The notes: generated by a model from the letters alone, not told the origin. Positions 19,926-28,975 are shown, numbered from the stretch's first letter. The stretch: DNA of 47,191 nt from Desulfurococcales archaeon (GCA_027022365.1 JALVYU010000003.1:1-47191); one strand, 5' to 3'. Program-made: numbers and translations.

Positions 19926-20920
19926 GGGAGATCGGAGAGGAAGAGCTGGTAGAGATCATAATCAAGTACCTCGACCCGCCAAAACCATATGAGCATCTCC
20001 CGCCCGGAGATGATGCAAGAGATTTTTTACCTTCTGGCCCAAAGCTGGTCTTCTCAAGCGATGCATATAGTTTCTCGTCTCTGAAACTGCCTTGGAGAAC
20101 ATGGCGTGACGTTGGATGGGCCGGGGTAGTTGGATGTATAAGTGATCATTTCTCTAAGGGATCCATACCCTACGCAGCCATGATAAGTCTGGGGCTCAGC
20201 CCGGAGATGAGGCTGGCGGATTTCATTGATCTGATCGAGGGGGTTAGGGAGGCATTATCAGCCTACAATATAGCGTATGCTGGTGGAGACCTCAACTCGT
20301 CCAGGGATCCATGGATATCCACTAGCATAATAGGCTCTACCACGGCCAAGAAGCCTCCAAGGAGAAGCGGTGCTAGGCCGGGCGACAAGATAGTGGTCAC
20401 CGGAATCTATGGTGCTATGGGCATAGTCTCGCTGGACGGGATAAACGAGGCTTCAAGACATAAATGGGTCATTGAGGCTACCAGGAGGCCGAGACCACAG
20501 TTCGAGACGAGCATAGTTATAGCGAGTCATTATAGATGGATAGATGCCTCAATGGATGTGAGCGACGGTCTATCCTACACGCTATACGTGATGGCTAGAG
20601 AAGCCGGGTTATCAGTGCGGTTAGCCTCTCCTCCCCAACACTTCGATGAGCTCAAAGAATATTGTAGAGGAAGGAGGGATCCGGAAAGATGTGTTATTGA
20701 GAGGTGCTTGGCCGGCGGCGAGGAGTACGGTGTTGTGATGGCTATTAATGAGAAATACGTCGGGGAGATAACCGAGATGCTCGAAAGATATAATGTCCCC
20801 CACGCCATTATAGGGGAGTTTATGAAGAACGGTGTCCCTGGCGAGATCTTCTGGCGCGGAGAAAAGATCGGAATTGTAAGGTGGGATCAGTTCCTTGGCT
20901 GGACGGAAAATTATGGTTAG
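19889..20920 (+). CDS. thiL: Thiamine-monophosphate kinase
   Basis: IGEEEL, GDDA, ISD, GGD, RSGARPGD, MDVSDGL and GGEEY motifs. Confidence 0.9.
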   Translation: MVDELAFRDKKLGEIGEEELVEIIIKYLDPPKPYEHLPPGDDARDFLPSGPKLVFSSDAYSFSSLKLPWRTWRDVGWAGVVGCISDHFSKGSIPYAAMISLGLSPEMRLADFIDLIEGVREALSAYNIAYAGGDLNSSRDPWISTSIIGSTTAKKPPRRSGARPGDKIVVTGIYGAMGIVSLDGINEASRHKWVIEATRRPRPQFETSIVIASHYRWIDASMDVSDGLSYTLYVMAREAGLSVRLASPPQHFDELKEYCRGRRDPERCVIERCLAGGEEYGVVMAINEKYVGEITEMLERYNVPHAIIGEFMKNGVPGEIFWRGEKIGIVRWDQFLGWTENYG

Positions 20921-21330
20921 CTGTAAAACAATATGTGCCTAGGATCTATGCCCCCGAAGATTCTTGGACATATATTACAGGTTGAAGGATCAATATTGTC
21001 TATCTCGGCATGGAACTTGCAGACATATTTTCTCGCCAGAACATATAGTGTGAGAGCCGACAAAGAAGCGACGACGTCTCTAACCCCGATCCTGTTGTTT
21101 ATAACGGAGTCCGCGATGTGATCCAGTGTCTTCACCACGTCGGGATATATTGAGAAATCCACATAGCTCCCTCGTTCGCCCTTCAAGTACCTCGTCACAA
21201 GTGATCTAGATAGGCCTAGGAGCCGCGCTATTTCTGCCGGTCTAGCACCCTTGTGTCTCATCCTTACTACTAGGAGCCGTCTTAGGCTCGGATATACATA
21301 CTTATCTGCTATTGTGAAGACGCTCTTCAA
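20917..21330 (-). CDS. HTH transcriptional regulator with C-terminal Cys/His metal site (COG2522-like)
   Basis: AEIARLLGLSRSLVTRYLKGERG helix-turn-helix; CKFH...CNIC motif. Confidence 0.82.
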   Translation of the reverse strand: MKSVFTIADKYVYPSLRRLLVVRMRHKGARPAEIARLLGLSRSLVTRYLKGERGSYVDFSIYPDVVKTLDHIADSVINNRIGVRDVVASLSALTLYVLARKYVCKFHAEIDNIDPSTCNICPRIFGGIDPRHILFYS

Positions 21331-22635
21331 TCAGAGCACCATTATTTTCTCCTTTATCTTCTCCGGGTTCTCGACTATGTCGGTCATGTCTTCGACTATC
21401 TCTAGAGTACCCATGTATTTACCCTTATCATTCCTCACGCCGACTATTAGAACCCTTATTATTCTTCCTCCCATTTTTGTCCAGAATTCTCTATAGGTTA
21501 ATCCCTGCTTCTTGAGGAGCTCGACATTCTTCATCACGTACTTCTCTAGTCTCGGTGGGTGGCAGTACCCTATCTTCCTCCCGATAATGGTTTTGCTACG
21601 CGGGAACCCCATTGCGAGCTTGCTCGTCGTGAAGAATCTAACCCTGTCATTGTTGTCGGCGTAGGTCATCTCGAGCGGTAAGTGTTTGAATATGCTGATT
21701 ATTTCTTCTTGTCGAAGGAAGCCTGTCTCTAGATCTATATCGTCGTCCCTCACGACCCTGTATTTATCCGGTGTGATCTCTCCCACCGCCTTCTTGATCT
21801 CTGGCGGTAGTTTCTCGAGTTTATCTGCTGGTATCTCCCCCGTGATCATGTATGGGTACACTGGCTTTGAATGTGGCACCCATTTCTTCTCCGATGATAC
21901 AATGTATCCGAACTCCTCGGCTAGTTCATGTATTGCGGCCCACTCTCCCTCGCTTAGTAGAGTCCAGGCCGTGGGATATAGGATCTTATTCTCTCTGAAC
22001 GCTATGTCGGCTATATCCATGGATATTTTTGCGAGGGTTTCGGCTAGCTTGTCTATTCCTTCTACCGTCTCGGGCTTCTCGCCGAGGATCTTCCTCATCT
22101 CTACTATTACTTGGTCTTCCCTGCCCCACAGTACTCTCGGGATAGCATCTATTCCTCGCTTCTCGAGGTAGGGGAAGAGGAGCATCTGGTTCTTCCTGTA
22201 GTGTTTCCTGATCATGTCTTTGAGGTTACCGAGGATATTGAAAATTATGCCGAGATACCTTTTCTTTTCAGCTATATTCCGAGCATTCTTAATGGCCGAG
22301 GCGTATAGTGATAAAGCTTCCGCTGTCTTCATTATCTCGATATTTTCTCTCATTAGTAGATCGAGCGGATGTCCCTCGGGAACCCCTTCCAGCTCCTGTG
22401 TGGTGAGATATTCTCGGAACATGTCTACGTGGATATCGCAGACTTTAAGAATGTCTTCCGGCTTTACTCCTTCACGTATGAGCTGTTGTTCAATGAGTGC
22501 TATTTCGAAGGGACTTATATCCCTAAGTATTTCCCTGTATTTCTGCTTGAGTTCCTCAGGGTCTGCGCCCATGGTTATTTCTTTGAGTATCTGTTTTACC
22601 AACTGGATTTTTTGCTCCCGGGTCATAATTGACAC
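21331..22635 (-). CDS. DUF438 / hemerythrin-like / PAS domain protein
   Basis: EIALIEQQL, CDIH, GHPL..LMREN, HY...LLFPYLE and the PAS-type R...IIGRKI..CHPP motif. Confidence 0.88.
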   Translation of the reverse strand: MSIMTREQKIQLVKQILKEITMGADPEELKQKYREILRDISPFEIALIEQQLIREGVKPEDILKVCDIHVDMFREYLTTQELEGVPEGHPLDLLMRENIEIMKTAEALSLYASAIKNARNIAEKKRYLGIIFNILGNLKDMIRKHYRKNQMLLFPYLEKRGIDAIPRVLWGREDQVIVEMRKILGEKPETVEGIDKLAETLAKISMDIADIAFRENKILYPTAWTLLSEGEWAAIHELAEEFGYIVSSEKKWVPHSKPVYPYMITGEIPADKLEKLPPEIKKAVGEITPDKYRVVRDDDIDLETGFLRQEEIISIFKHLPLEMTYADNNDRVRFFTTSKLAMGFPRSKTIIGRKIGYCHPPRLEKYVMKNVELLKKQGLTYREFWTKMGGRIIRVLIVGVRNDKGKYMGTLEIVEDMTDIVENPEKIKEKIMVL

Positions 22636-22688
22636 ATGTCAACACCGTGACTGACTCTATCTATAACCACTATTAAACATACCTAAAC

Positions 22689-24638
22689 CTATATGAGGAA
22701 TGTGTCCCCGGGGCTTGGTAGTTCTCTGCGCGCGTTCTCGAGGAGCTCCAAGTAGTATTCCCGATCATATGTTCCCCTGTACTCGAGCGTGGGGATAAGC
22801 TTTCTCCCCGGCCCGACAATATAGGCTGTCTCTATGGCCTTGCTCATCATAAGTACTGTTATGCTACCTGACTGTGTTGATGGTTTCTTTGAAGGACGTG
22901 TTATCCTTCTCCTTATGACGAGCTGCCATGCCTCGACGTCTCCATTTCTTATCCTTTCTGCGTACTCGTCGAACACATGGTATGCTTCTCTCAACATGTC
23001 CCTCAACGCTATGGGATCATCTGCTCCTCCAAGAATCCTTATTGCCTTCTCTTGGGCCTCCTTAATTATTGGTGGTGTATCCTTCCTCGCAGCCATAACC
23101 CCCTTGATCTTCACGTCGCCGTTCTTTAATGCACCATAGTACCTGTTGGCTGCTCCGAGGCCTTTCTTTGTTAGGGGTATATAGAGCCACCTATAGTCTG
23201 CCTCGACCTTCGCCTTGAAATCAGTTGCTTTGACCACTAGGTCTCTTAATTCCTCACAGCTCTTATCCTCCGGGTGTTTAACGAATAAGCTATCGACTAG
23301 GACGTGGATCACCATGCATTCATTCTCTTCCAGGATCTTTCTGGCTGTATCAATGATGTACCTATCCATACTGGTTACAGTCTCGTGAGCCATTATTGAG
23401 CCGAACACGCTTTTCCTATAGCCTAGATAGCCGAAGCTTGCCACCAGTATCCATTTGATAGATGACTGCCTCTCGTCCAGCACCTCTTTTAGCCTTGGAT
23501 CAATTGTTCTCTTCATTTCCTCCTTTATCTTCTCCCTGAGATCCACTAGCCTCTCGAGGACAAGCGAGACTATGCCCCGGCGCTCAAAACATATCTTGTG
23601 GCCCGTGCCGGGTAGTCTGACGGCGTCACGGCAGGAGGGATCATCGACTGTTTCCCCACTGATATTATACTTGGCTATTATGCTGGGGTAGAGGCTGTTG
23701 AAGTCTATCTGGCATACCCCCCAGTACAGGCCTGGCCGGGGAGTGTAGACTGCTCCCCCGCGATCATACTGTAGTAGCTCACGTAGGGGTCTCCAGGGCT
23801 CGACCCTGCCGTGCCCGGGGACTACCAGGTATTTCTTCTTCCTAGCCTCGAGGGCCTCTATTGTGGTCAGTACCCTACCTATGCTGGTGCCGCTGAGCAT
23901 TCTCAGAGGTGTATAGCTCAGCCTGCTCCACATGACGAGGCCGTGGTATCCAGTGAATGATGCCGACCTGTCTATTCTCACATGGGATATCCTTGATGCC
24001 TCGAAGCCCCTGGATACAAGCTCCGCTATCGTTGAGGAGGAAACTATGAGTACATCGTAGTGTTTCCCACTTAGATATACTGGTAGCTCTTCCGCCGCCA
24101 CCCTGTCTTCTCCCCATTCACCCTTTATGATGACATGTGTAGCGAAGCCAAGGCCGGGGACCTCTATCTCTCCATAAACCTCTATTATCTCGGCCCACTT
24201 GAACGGGGGGATCGACTCGTCATCGAGTACCTCGGCCCTCCTACCATTGATGCTTATGAGCGAAGAGGGCTTGGCCCCGAGCCTCCACAGGGCCTCAACG
24301 AGGGGGTCTGGCACAGTATTTACGGGTTCGCCAGCCCCAAGCCTCGGGGCCTGGGAGAGCATCTTCTTCAACACGTAGTAGTCGCTTGTCTCGAACACGA
24401 CTATGTCTGTACCTCTACGGTAGTAGGGTGGCTCGAGCCATTCCTCGACCCATGCCTTCCTGACGTACCGGGAGCTCATAAGGTCTCTGGCCAGGTTCTC
24501 CGAGGGGACCCATGGCTTGATGTATCCTCTGAACCCCGGGTCTATTCTCACACGGATGATTCTATCCCTGTCTTTCAGGACTAGATCTAGTCCGCCCCCG
24601 TGAAGGGGGAACGCGTCGAGGAGCCAGCCCCGGGGCAT
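22689..24638 (-). CDS. polB2: Family B DNA polymerase, PolB2 (Dpo2) group
   Basis: Motif A DFNSLYPSI intact; motif B degenerate (KWILVASFGYLG); motif C HVLVDSLF retains one Asp; no clear exonuclease motifs; only 649 aa. Confidence 0.9.
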   Translation of the reverse strand: MPRGWLLDAFPLHGGGLDLVLKDRDRIIRVRIDPGFRGYIKPWVPSENLARDLMSSRYVRKAWVEEWLEPPYYRRGTDIVVFETSDYYVLKKMLSQAPRLGAGEPVNTVPDPLVEALWRLGAKPSSLISINGRRAEVLDDESIPPFKWAEIIEVYGEIEVPGLGFATHVIIKGEWGEDRVAAEELPVYLSGKHYDVLIVSSSTIAELVSRGFEASRISHVRIDRSASFTGYHGLVMWSRLSYTPLRMLSGTSIGRVLTTIEALEARKKKYLVVPGHGRVEPWRPLRELLQYDRGGAVYTPRPGLYWGVCQIDFNSLYPSIIAKYNISGETVDDPSCRDAVRLPGTGHKICFERRGIVSLVLERLVDLREKIKEEMKRTIDPRLKEVLDERQSSIKWILVASFGYLGYRKSVFGSIMAHETVTSMDRYIIDTARKILEENECMVIHVLVDSLFVKHPEDKSCEELRDLVVKATDFKAKVEADYRWLYIPLTKKGLGAANRYYGALKNGDVKIKGVMAARKDTPPIIKEAQEKAIRILGGADDPIALRDMLREAYHVFDEYAERIRNGDVEAWQLVIRRRITRPSKKPSTQSGSITVLMMSKAIETAYIVGPGRKLIPTLEYRGTYDREYYLELLENARRELPSPGDTFLI

Positions 24639-24675
24639 ATTTCTTCCTCACTGGTATTATTGATCATCTATCCTA

Positions 24676-24933
24676 TTATCGTTTTTCATCAGCCGTTTTA
24701 ACACTCCTAAGCCCGATAATTCTCCTAAGCATGTGGAGGACTATTATCTCGAAGGGGTCGGGGGGAGGCGAGACGTGGAGGTAGGCCGTGATGGTCTCCT
24801 CGATACCATCGAGGAGAGATTCGAGGACGGCTGCTTCGCCGCGGGGCAGATACCTGATCGTCTTCTTGATCCTCTCTAGCTCCCTATAGACAGCCATTCT
24901 GTAAGACGGCGTTGTACGCCCCACGGCCCCCAT
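24676..24933 (-). CDS. Small helical PolB2-associated protein (arCOG07300-like)
   Basis: GRTTPSYR N-terminus, helical body, DPFE; lies between the RadA-like gene and polB2. Confidence 0.75.
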   Translation of the reverse strand: MGAVGRTTPSYRMAVYRELERIKKTIRYLPRGEAAVLESLLDGIEETITAYLHVSPPPDPFEIIVLHMLRRIIGLRSVKTADEKR

Positions 24934-25526
24934 CCCTCAAGCAGTTCTATCGGGAAAGAAGAGCGGAGCCCCTCCCGTGGCCCAGGATACTTCCTCAGGT
25001 AGAGGTAGCCCCTATCACCCCTCCTCCTGAGCTCCACCAGTACATGGACGCTGTGGCTATGATACTTGCCCCCCTCGGCGATCCGCCCTAGCCTGCTCTT
25101 CGTGTTAAACAATACTACTCTGAGCCTACCCGATAACCTGCGGAGAACCCCCACAATCCTAGTAGCTTCGCGATAGCCTCTAAGACTCTGGGCGATGAAT
25201 GTGAACGGGTACTTGACCACGAGTGTCCCGGAAGCGTTCTCGAGGGTCTCTAGAACGCCTATCAGGTCATTAGTACGGAAAGCTCTCGAGACCATGATGT
25301 TATCGATACTGCCCCCGAGCCTCCTGGTGAGCCTGGAGACGAGGTAGGGGTCTAGGCCGCCGAAATCCGTGTTGATTACAAGGTATACTGTATCATACCT
25401 GCTCCTAAATGCTACGGTATAATGCATCACTAGATCGACTATTCTATCGTCACCGTAGAACTCTATCATCCAGTGCCTCGGCACAGGCCCTAATGCATCG
25501 TCGACGATACTGATCCCTGTAATCAT
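24876..25526 (-). CDS. Inactivated RadA/RecA-fold protein
   Basis: ITGISIVDDALG, IEFYG, NIMVSRAF, VVLFN and EGG...HS follow the RecA pattern, but the Walker A GKT is missing (EFYGDDRIVD) and Walker B lacks Asp. Confidence 0.8.
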   Translation of the reverse strand: MITGISIVDDALGPVPRHWMIEFYGDDRIVDLVMHYTVAFRSRYDTVYLVINTDFGGLDPYLVSRLTRRLGGSIDNIMVSRAFRTNDLIGVLETLENASGTLVVKYPFTFIAQSLRGYREATRIVGVLRRLSGRLRVVLFNTKSRLGRIAEGGKYHSHSVHVLVELRRRGDRGYLYLRKYPGPREGLRSSFPIELLEGWGPWGVQRRLTEWLSIGS

Positions 25527-25566
25527 AGCTTATCCCTCATTGATCATTAAAATACTATAATAGGAG

Positions 25567-25586
25567 GAGAGTACGCCGAAACTATT
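25567..25586 (-). promoter_or_regulatory. Candidate DNA-damage-responsive element upstream of the RadA-like/PolB2 operon
   Basis: The minus strand reads AATAGTTTCGGCGTACTCTC, containing the ANTTTC core, about 40 nt upstream of ATG 25526 and just 5' of an AT-rich TATA-like tract. Confidence 0.7.
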
Positions 25587-25725
25587 CTCCATGCCACTAC
25601 CATGTATGTGGGATAAACACGTGAAACAGTAGGTTCGGAATTCGTTGAAAAAAGTTTAAAACGTTTATTTAGATGTAGCAAAACGCCTCAATAACAGTAT
25701 TACTACAATAAAAAAGGCATGGTTA

Positions 25726-25787
25726 TCAGCCCTTACACGGTTCTTCACAGCCCTTCTTAGGCGGGCTCTGGCCGGGGTCCTCATCAC
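25726..25787 (-). ncRNA. Box C/D methylation-guide sRNA
   Basis: Minus strand: box C GTGATGA (25787-25781), guide GGACCCCGGC, D' CAGA, hairpin GCCC-N9-GGGC, C' GTGAAGA (25748-25742), 12-nt guide ACCGTGTAAGGG, box D CTGA (25729-25726), then a T6 tract. It is a GC-rich island in an AT-rich spacer. Confidence 0.75.
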
Positions 25788-25826
25788 TTTCGTGTCTATG
25801 CTATTGTTATCCCTATTCTTCATTAT

Positions 25827-27557
25827 TTATGGTTCCTCTACGACATAGTTGGGAACGGTTTCTGGTAGGCTTGTTTTTGTCGCTGTTACCTTGTTCAGGA
25901 CCCTATGTGTTATGACCAGCAAAGCTATTCCTACTGGCAATAGTATTATGGGGCTTGTGATCCCTGCTGCGAACAATACGTAGAGTACTATCCCTATGCC
26001 AGCCGCTGTGACCGCGTATGGTATCTGTGTGTTTACGTGGTCTATGTGGTCTGCTCCGCTGAACATTGATGACATTATTGTTGTATCGCTTATGGGGCTG
26101 CAGTGATCCCCGAAGATGCCTCCACTGAATACCGCCGCTATCGATGCGTAGACTATAGTCATTATCATGGGGTTGCCTGCGTCCAGTTGGCTTGATGCTA
26201 GCTCGTAGGCCATTGTTATGGCTATGGGCATCATTATGCCGAAGGTTCCCCAGCTGGTTCCCGTTGTGAACGATATGAACATCGAGACCAGGAAGATCAC
26301 TAGCGGCACCAGTGCTGCTGGGAACGCTATGCTCTTAGCCGCTGCGACCACGTAGTCGGCTGTGCCTACTGCGTCTACACCGCTCTTAATGCTCCAGGCA
26401 AGAAGCAGTATCGCGTTAGCGTATACCATGAGGTACATACCCTTCAGCGTGTACTCCATTGCCTTCTCAAAGCTAAGGCTTCTATAGAGGAGGCTGGCCG
26501 TCAACGCTAGGAGGTATGCGGCGAAACTACCCCATAGCAGGGCTGTCGCGCTGTCGCTCTCCATCAACGCCTCGTTGAACGGTACTTTCCACCAAGGGAT
26601 GCTGAGCTTTGAGGCCTGAATAACGGCCACGGCGCCAGTATACCAAATCCCTAGAAGAGTGACTGTTACCAAAGCTATTATCGACGCTATGAAGACCCAT
26701 CCAGGGGTCTTCCTCGTGCCCGACGCGACCTTAAGAACCTCCTCGGTAGGCATAAGCGGCTTCGCATTGTCTCTCAGCACCTTGCCTTCCTGGACGGCGC
26801 GGTGCTCGGCCTTCAACATAGGCCCTATGTGTCTTCTCGTCATAACTGCTAGGAAGACCAGTATTATCGCGAGGATCGAGTAGAACCTGAAGGGTACTGA
26901 TTGTAGCCATGCCGCGTAAGCCGCCATGTTAACGCCGATGCTTCCAAGTCCTCCCTTGATCAAGCCGACCTCGTAGCCTATCCATGTCGAGACAAGAGCT
27001 ATTCCAGCAACAGGAGCTGCCGTAGAGTCGACTATATAGCTTAGGAGCTCCCTGCTCACCCTTGTCTTGTCTGTTATTGGTCTGGTGGCGTTCCCGACCA
27101 CGATCGTGTTCGTGTAGTCGTCGAAGAAAATGACTACGCCGAGGACTGAGGCGAGAAGACTGGCGGCTCTGGAGGACTTTATCTTCGTTGCTATGCTGGA
27201 TGCTAGACTATGTATTGCCCCCGAGGCGTAAAGCACTCCCACGAAAGCACCGATAATAAAGTCGAAAACCAGTATCGTCGCGTTCCACGAGTCAGAAGCA
27301 CTCGCCACTATCCATTCAAGAGTCTTGCTCGTAGCGGCTACAGGATTATAGCCTGCCACCATGAGACCAGCGACCCATACCCCTGCAAAGAGTGCTGGGA
27401 GAACCTGTCTCGTCACTATTGCGAGCACTATTGCTAGGAGGGGTGGTAGTAGTGGAAACAATAATGTGCCTGTAGGCCCCACCTTGTATGCGAGCAAACC
27501 GATCACGAGCACGGAAACAACTATTATTGTTTTTAAGAGCTTCTGAGCCGAAACCAT
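25827..27557 (-). CDS. NhaC-family Na+/H+ antiporter-like (probable amino-acid) transporter
   Basis: FFDDYTN, YIVDSTAAP, SFTTGTSWGTFGI, GDHCSPISDTT and HVNTQIPY motifs; many TM helices. Confidence 0.92.
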   Translation of the reverse strand: MVSAQKLLKTIIVVSVLVIGLLAYKVGPTGTLLFPLLPPLLAIVLAIVTRQVLPALFAGVWVAGLMVAGYNPVAATSKTLEWIVASASDSWNATILVFDFIIGAFVGVLYASGAIHSLASSIATKIKSSRAASLLASVLGVVIFFDDYTNTIVVGNATRPITDKTRVSRELLSYIVDSTAAPVAGIALVSTWIGYEVGLIKGGLGSIGVNMAAYAAWLQSVPFRFYSILAIILVFLAVMTRRHIGPMLKAEHRAVQEGKVLRDNAKPLMPTEEVLKVASGTRKTPGWVFIASIIALVTVTLLGIWYTGAVAVIQASKLSIPWWKVPFNEALMESDSATALLWGSFAAYLLALTASLLYRSLSFEKAMEYTLKGMYLMVYANAILLLAWSIKSGVDAVGTADYVVAAAKSIAFPAALVPLVIFLVSMFISFTTGTSWGTFGIMMPIAITMAYELASSQLDAGNPMIMTIVYASIAAVFSGGIFGDHCSPISDTTIMSSMFSGADHIDHVNTQIPYAVTAAGIGIVLYVLFAAGITSPIILLPVGIALLVITHRVLNKVTATKTSLPETVPNYVVEEP

Positions 27558-27573
27558 TTAGTTTCACCCCTGC

Positions 27574-27587
27574 ATTAACATGTTAAT
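27574..27587. promoter_or_regulatory. Perfect 14-bp palindrome upstream of the NhaC gene
   Basis: ATTAACATGTTAAT. Confidence 0.5.
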
Positions 27588-27653
27588 TCCTCTAGGAAGC
27601 TTGTGGCAGGGTATTTACTTGTTTGGCGTGAATGGTTCTAAACAGATATTCTT

Positions 27654-27671
27654 ATGTACTATATAGTACAT
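27654..27671. promoter_or_regulatory. Perfect 18-bp palindrome upstream of the ACT-domain gene
   Basis: ATGTACTATATAGTACAT, about 20 nt before ATG 27691. Confidence 0.6.
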
Positions 27672-27690
27672 TTTAGTCCTAGGTGTTACC

Positions 27691-28371
27691 ATGGAGTACA
27701 GCGTCGCGGAAGCAGTTAAAAAACTAATAGATGCCGATCCTAGCCTTAAAGAGTGCCTAGAAGCAGGAATCATAAACTATACGAGGATGGCGAAGAAGCT
27801 CAAGCCAATGATCGAGAAGATACTCGAAAAAGAGGTCAGCGTCGAAGCCATCAAGGCCTCGCTGATAAGATACAGTAAAACGACAAGCAGGCCCAAATGG
27901 AGGCCCGGTGTACTGAGAATACTCGCGAGAAGCGTCCTAGAGATAAGGACCGGGATAAGCGCAGTGACTGTCAGGATACACATGATGCCTTACATAATAA
28001 ATATTGTTAATAAACTACTAGGCAGAGCAAGATTCCTAGCAGTTATCCAGGGACTAAACAATGTGACGCTAATAGTAAGTGATGAGCATTACGGCGAGAT
28101 ACTAGATCAGCTAGGCAAAGAAAACGTTGTCGAGGAGATAAGGGGGGAATCAGCCCTAGTGATCATAAGCCCGAAAGAGATAATCAGGACACCGGGATTT
28201 CTAGCATATATCATGGATCTCCTCGGTAGGAACGGTATAAATGTGCTACAGGCGGTATCATATTATACCGAGACAATGATACTCGTCTCATCAGATGATC
28301 TCATGAAAGCATTCAAGATAATATCGGACGCTATACAGCTTGCAAAATACTATGTTGGGCTAAATAAGTAG
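27691..28371 (+). CDS. ACT-domain protein with putative N-terminal DNA-binding domain
   Basis: N-terminal GIINYTRMAKKL...EAIKASLIRY; C-terminal ACT TPGFLAYIMDLLGRNGINV...SYYTE. Confidence 0.8.
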   Translation: MEYSVAEAVKKLIDADPSLKECLEAGIINYTRMAKKLKPMIEKILEKEVSVEAIKASLIRYSKTTSRPKWRPGVLRILARSVLEIRTGISAVTVRIHMMPYIINIVNKLLGRARFLAVIQGLNNVTLIVSDEHYGEILDQLGKENVVEEIRGESALVIISPKEIIRTPGFLAYIMDLLGRNGINVLQAVSYYTETMILVSSDDLMKAFKIISDAIQLAKYYVGLNK

Positions 28372-28975
28372 TGCTTACATCTAGTACGGATAGGTGATAG
28401 AGATCGGCGACCGTACTCCTCAGCTCCTGGATCATGTTGTCTGGTACCTCACCACTCGAGATAGGATTTACCATTTCGTTCAGGATATAGGCGATCCTAT
28501 TTAGATCGTCTGCGATCTTCTTGACATTGCTTGGATCAATATTTTTACCCGCCATAAGGTTACTGATCCTTATAAGACGCTCCTGTACTTCATCCACAGC
28601 AGTCATAACCTTAAACATGTCTTTCATACCTAGATCATAGAGATGATAAGCTATTGTTGAAGCCCACGTCATATCATCGACTGATCTAGTGAGAGTACCA
28701 ATTGTCGTAGCATATAATCCGGGATGCACTATTTCGAACATGGTCAAGTTACCGTTGAACGGCTTGACGCAGTACTCGTTAAGAAAAAACGCAACAGCAC
28801 CTATGTCGAGTGAGCCCTGCTTTAATGCCTTCCCAAGATCCCAGATCAGCTCCTTACGAAGAGCGTTTATCCTGTCAAGGGCATTAATGTATAGGAACAA
28901 TAGACTGATAGATGATATGATCAAAGCTAGTAAAATAACTGCAATGATCTTATCACGCCTATTCATGATAATCAC
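28331..28975 (-). CDS. Hypothetical membrane-anchored helical protein
   Basis: Basic N-terminus plus one TM, then amphipathic helices; its 3' end overlaps the ACT gene by about 40 nt. Confidence 0.6.
   Translation of the reverse strand: MIIMNRRDKIIAVILLALIISSISLLFLYINALDRINALRKELIWDLGKALKQGSLDIGAVAFFLNEYCVKPFNGNLTMFEIVHPGLYATTIGTLTRSVDDMTWASTIAYHLYDLGMKDMFKVMTAVDEVQERLIRISNLMAGKNIDPSNVKKIADDLNRIAYILNEMVNPISSGEVPDNMIQELRSTVADLYHLSVLDVSTTYLAQHSILQAV

Noticed and set aside
22689-24638. PolB as a sign of a casposon or provirus
   Set aside because: It is PolB2-type; no cas1, integrase, capsid gene or terminal repeats are visible nearby.
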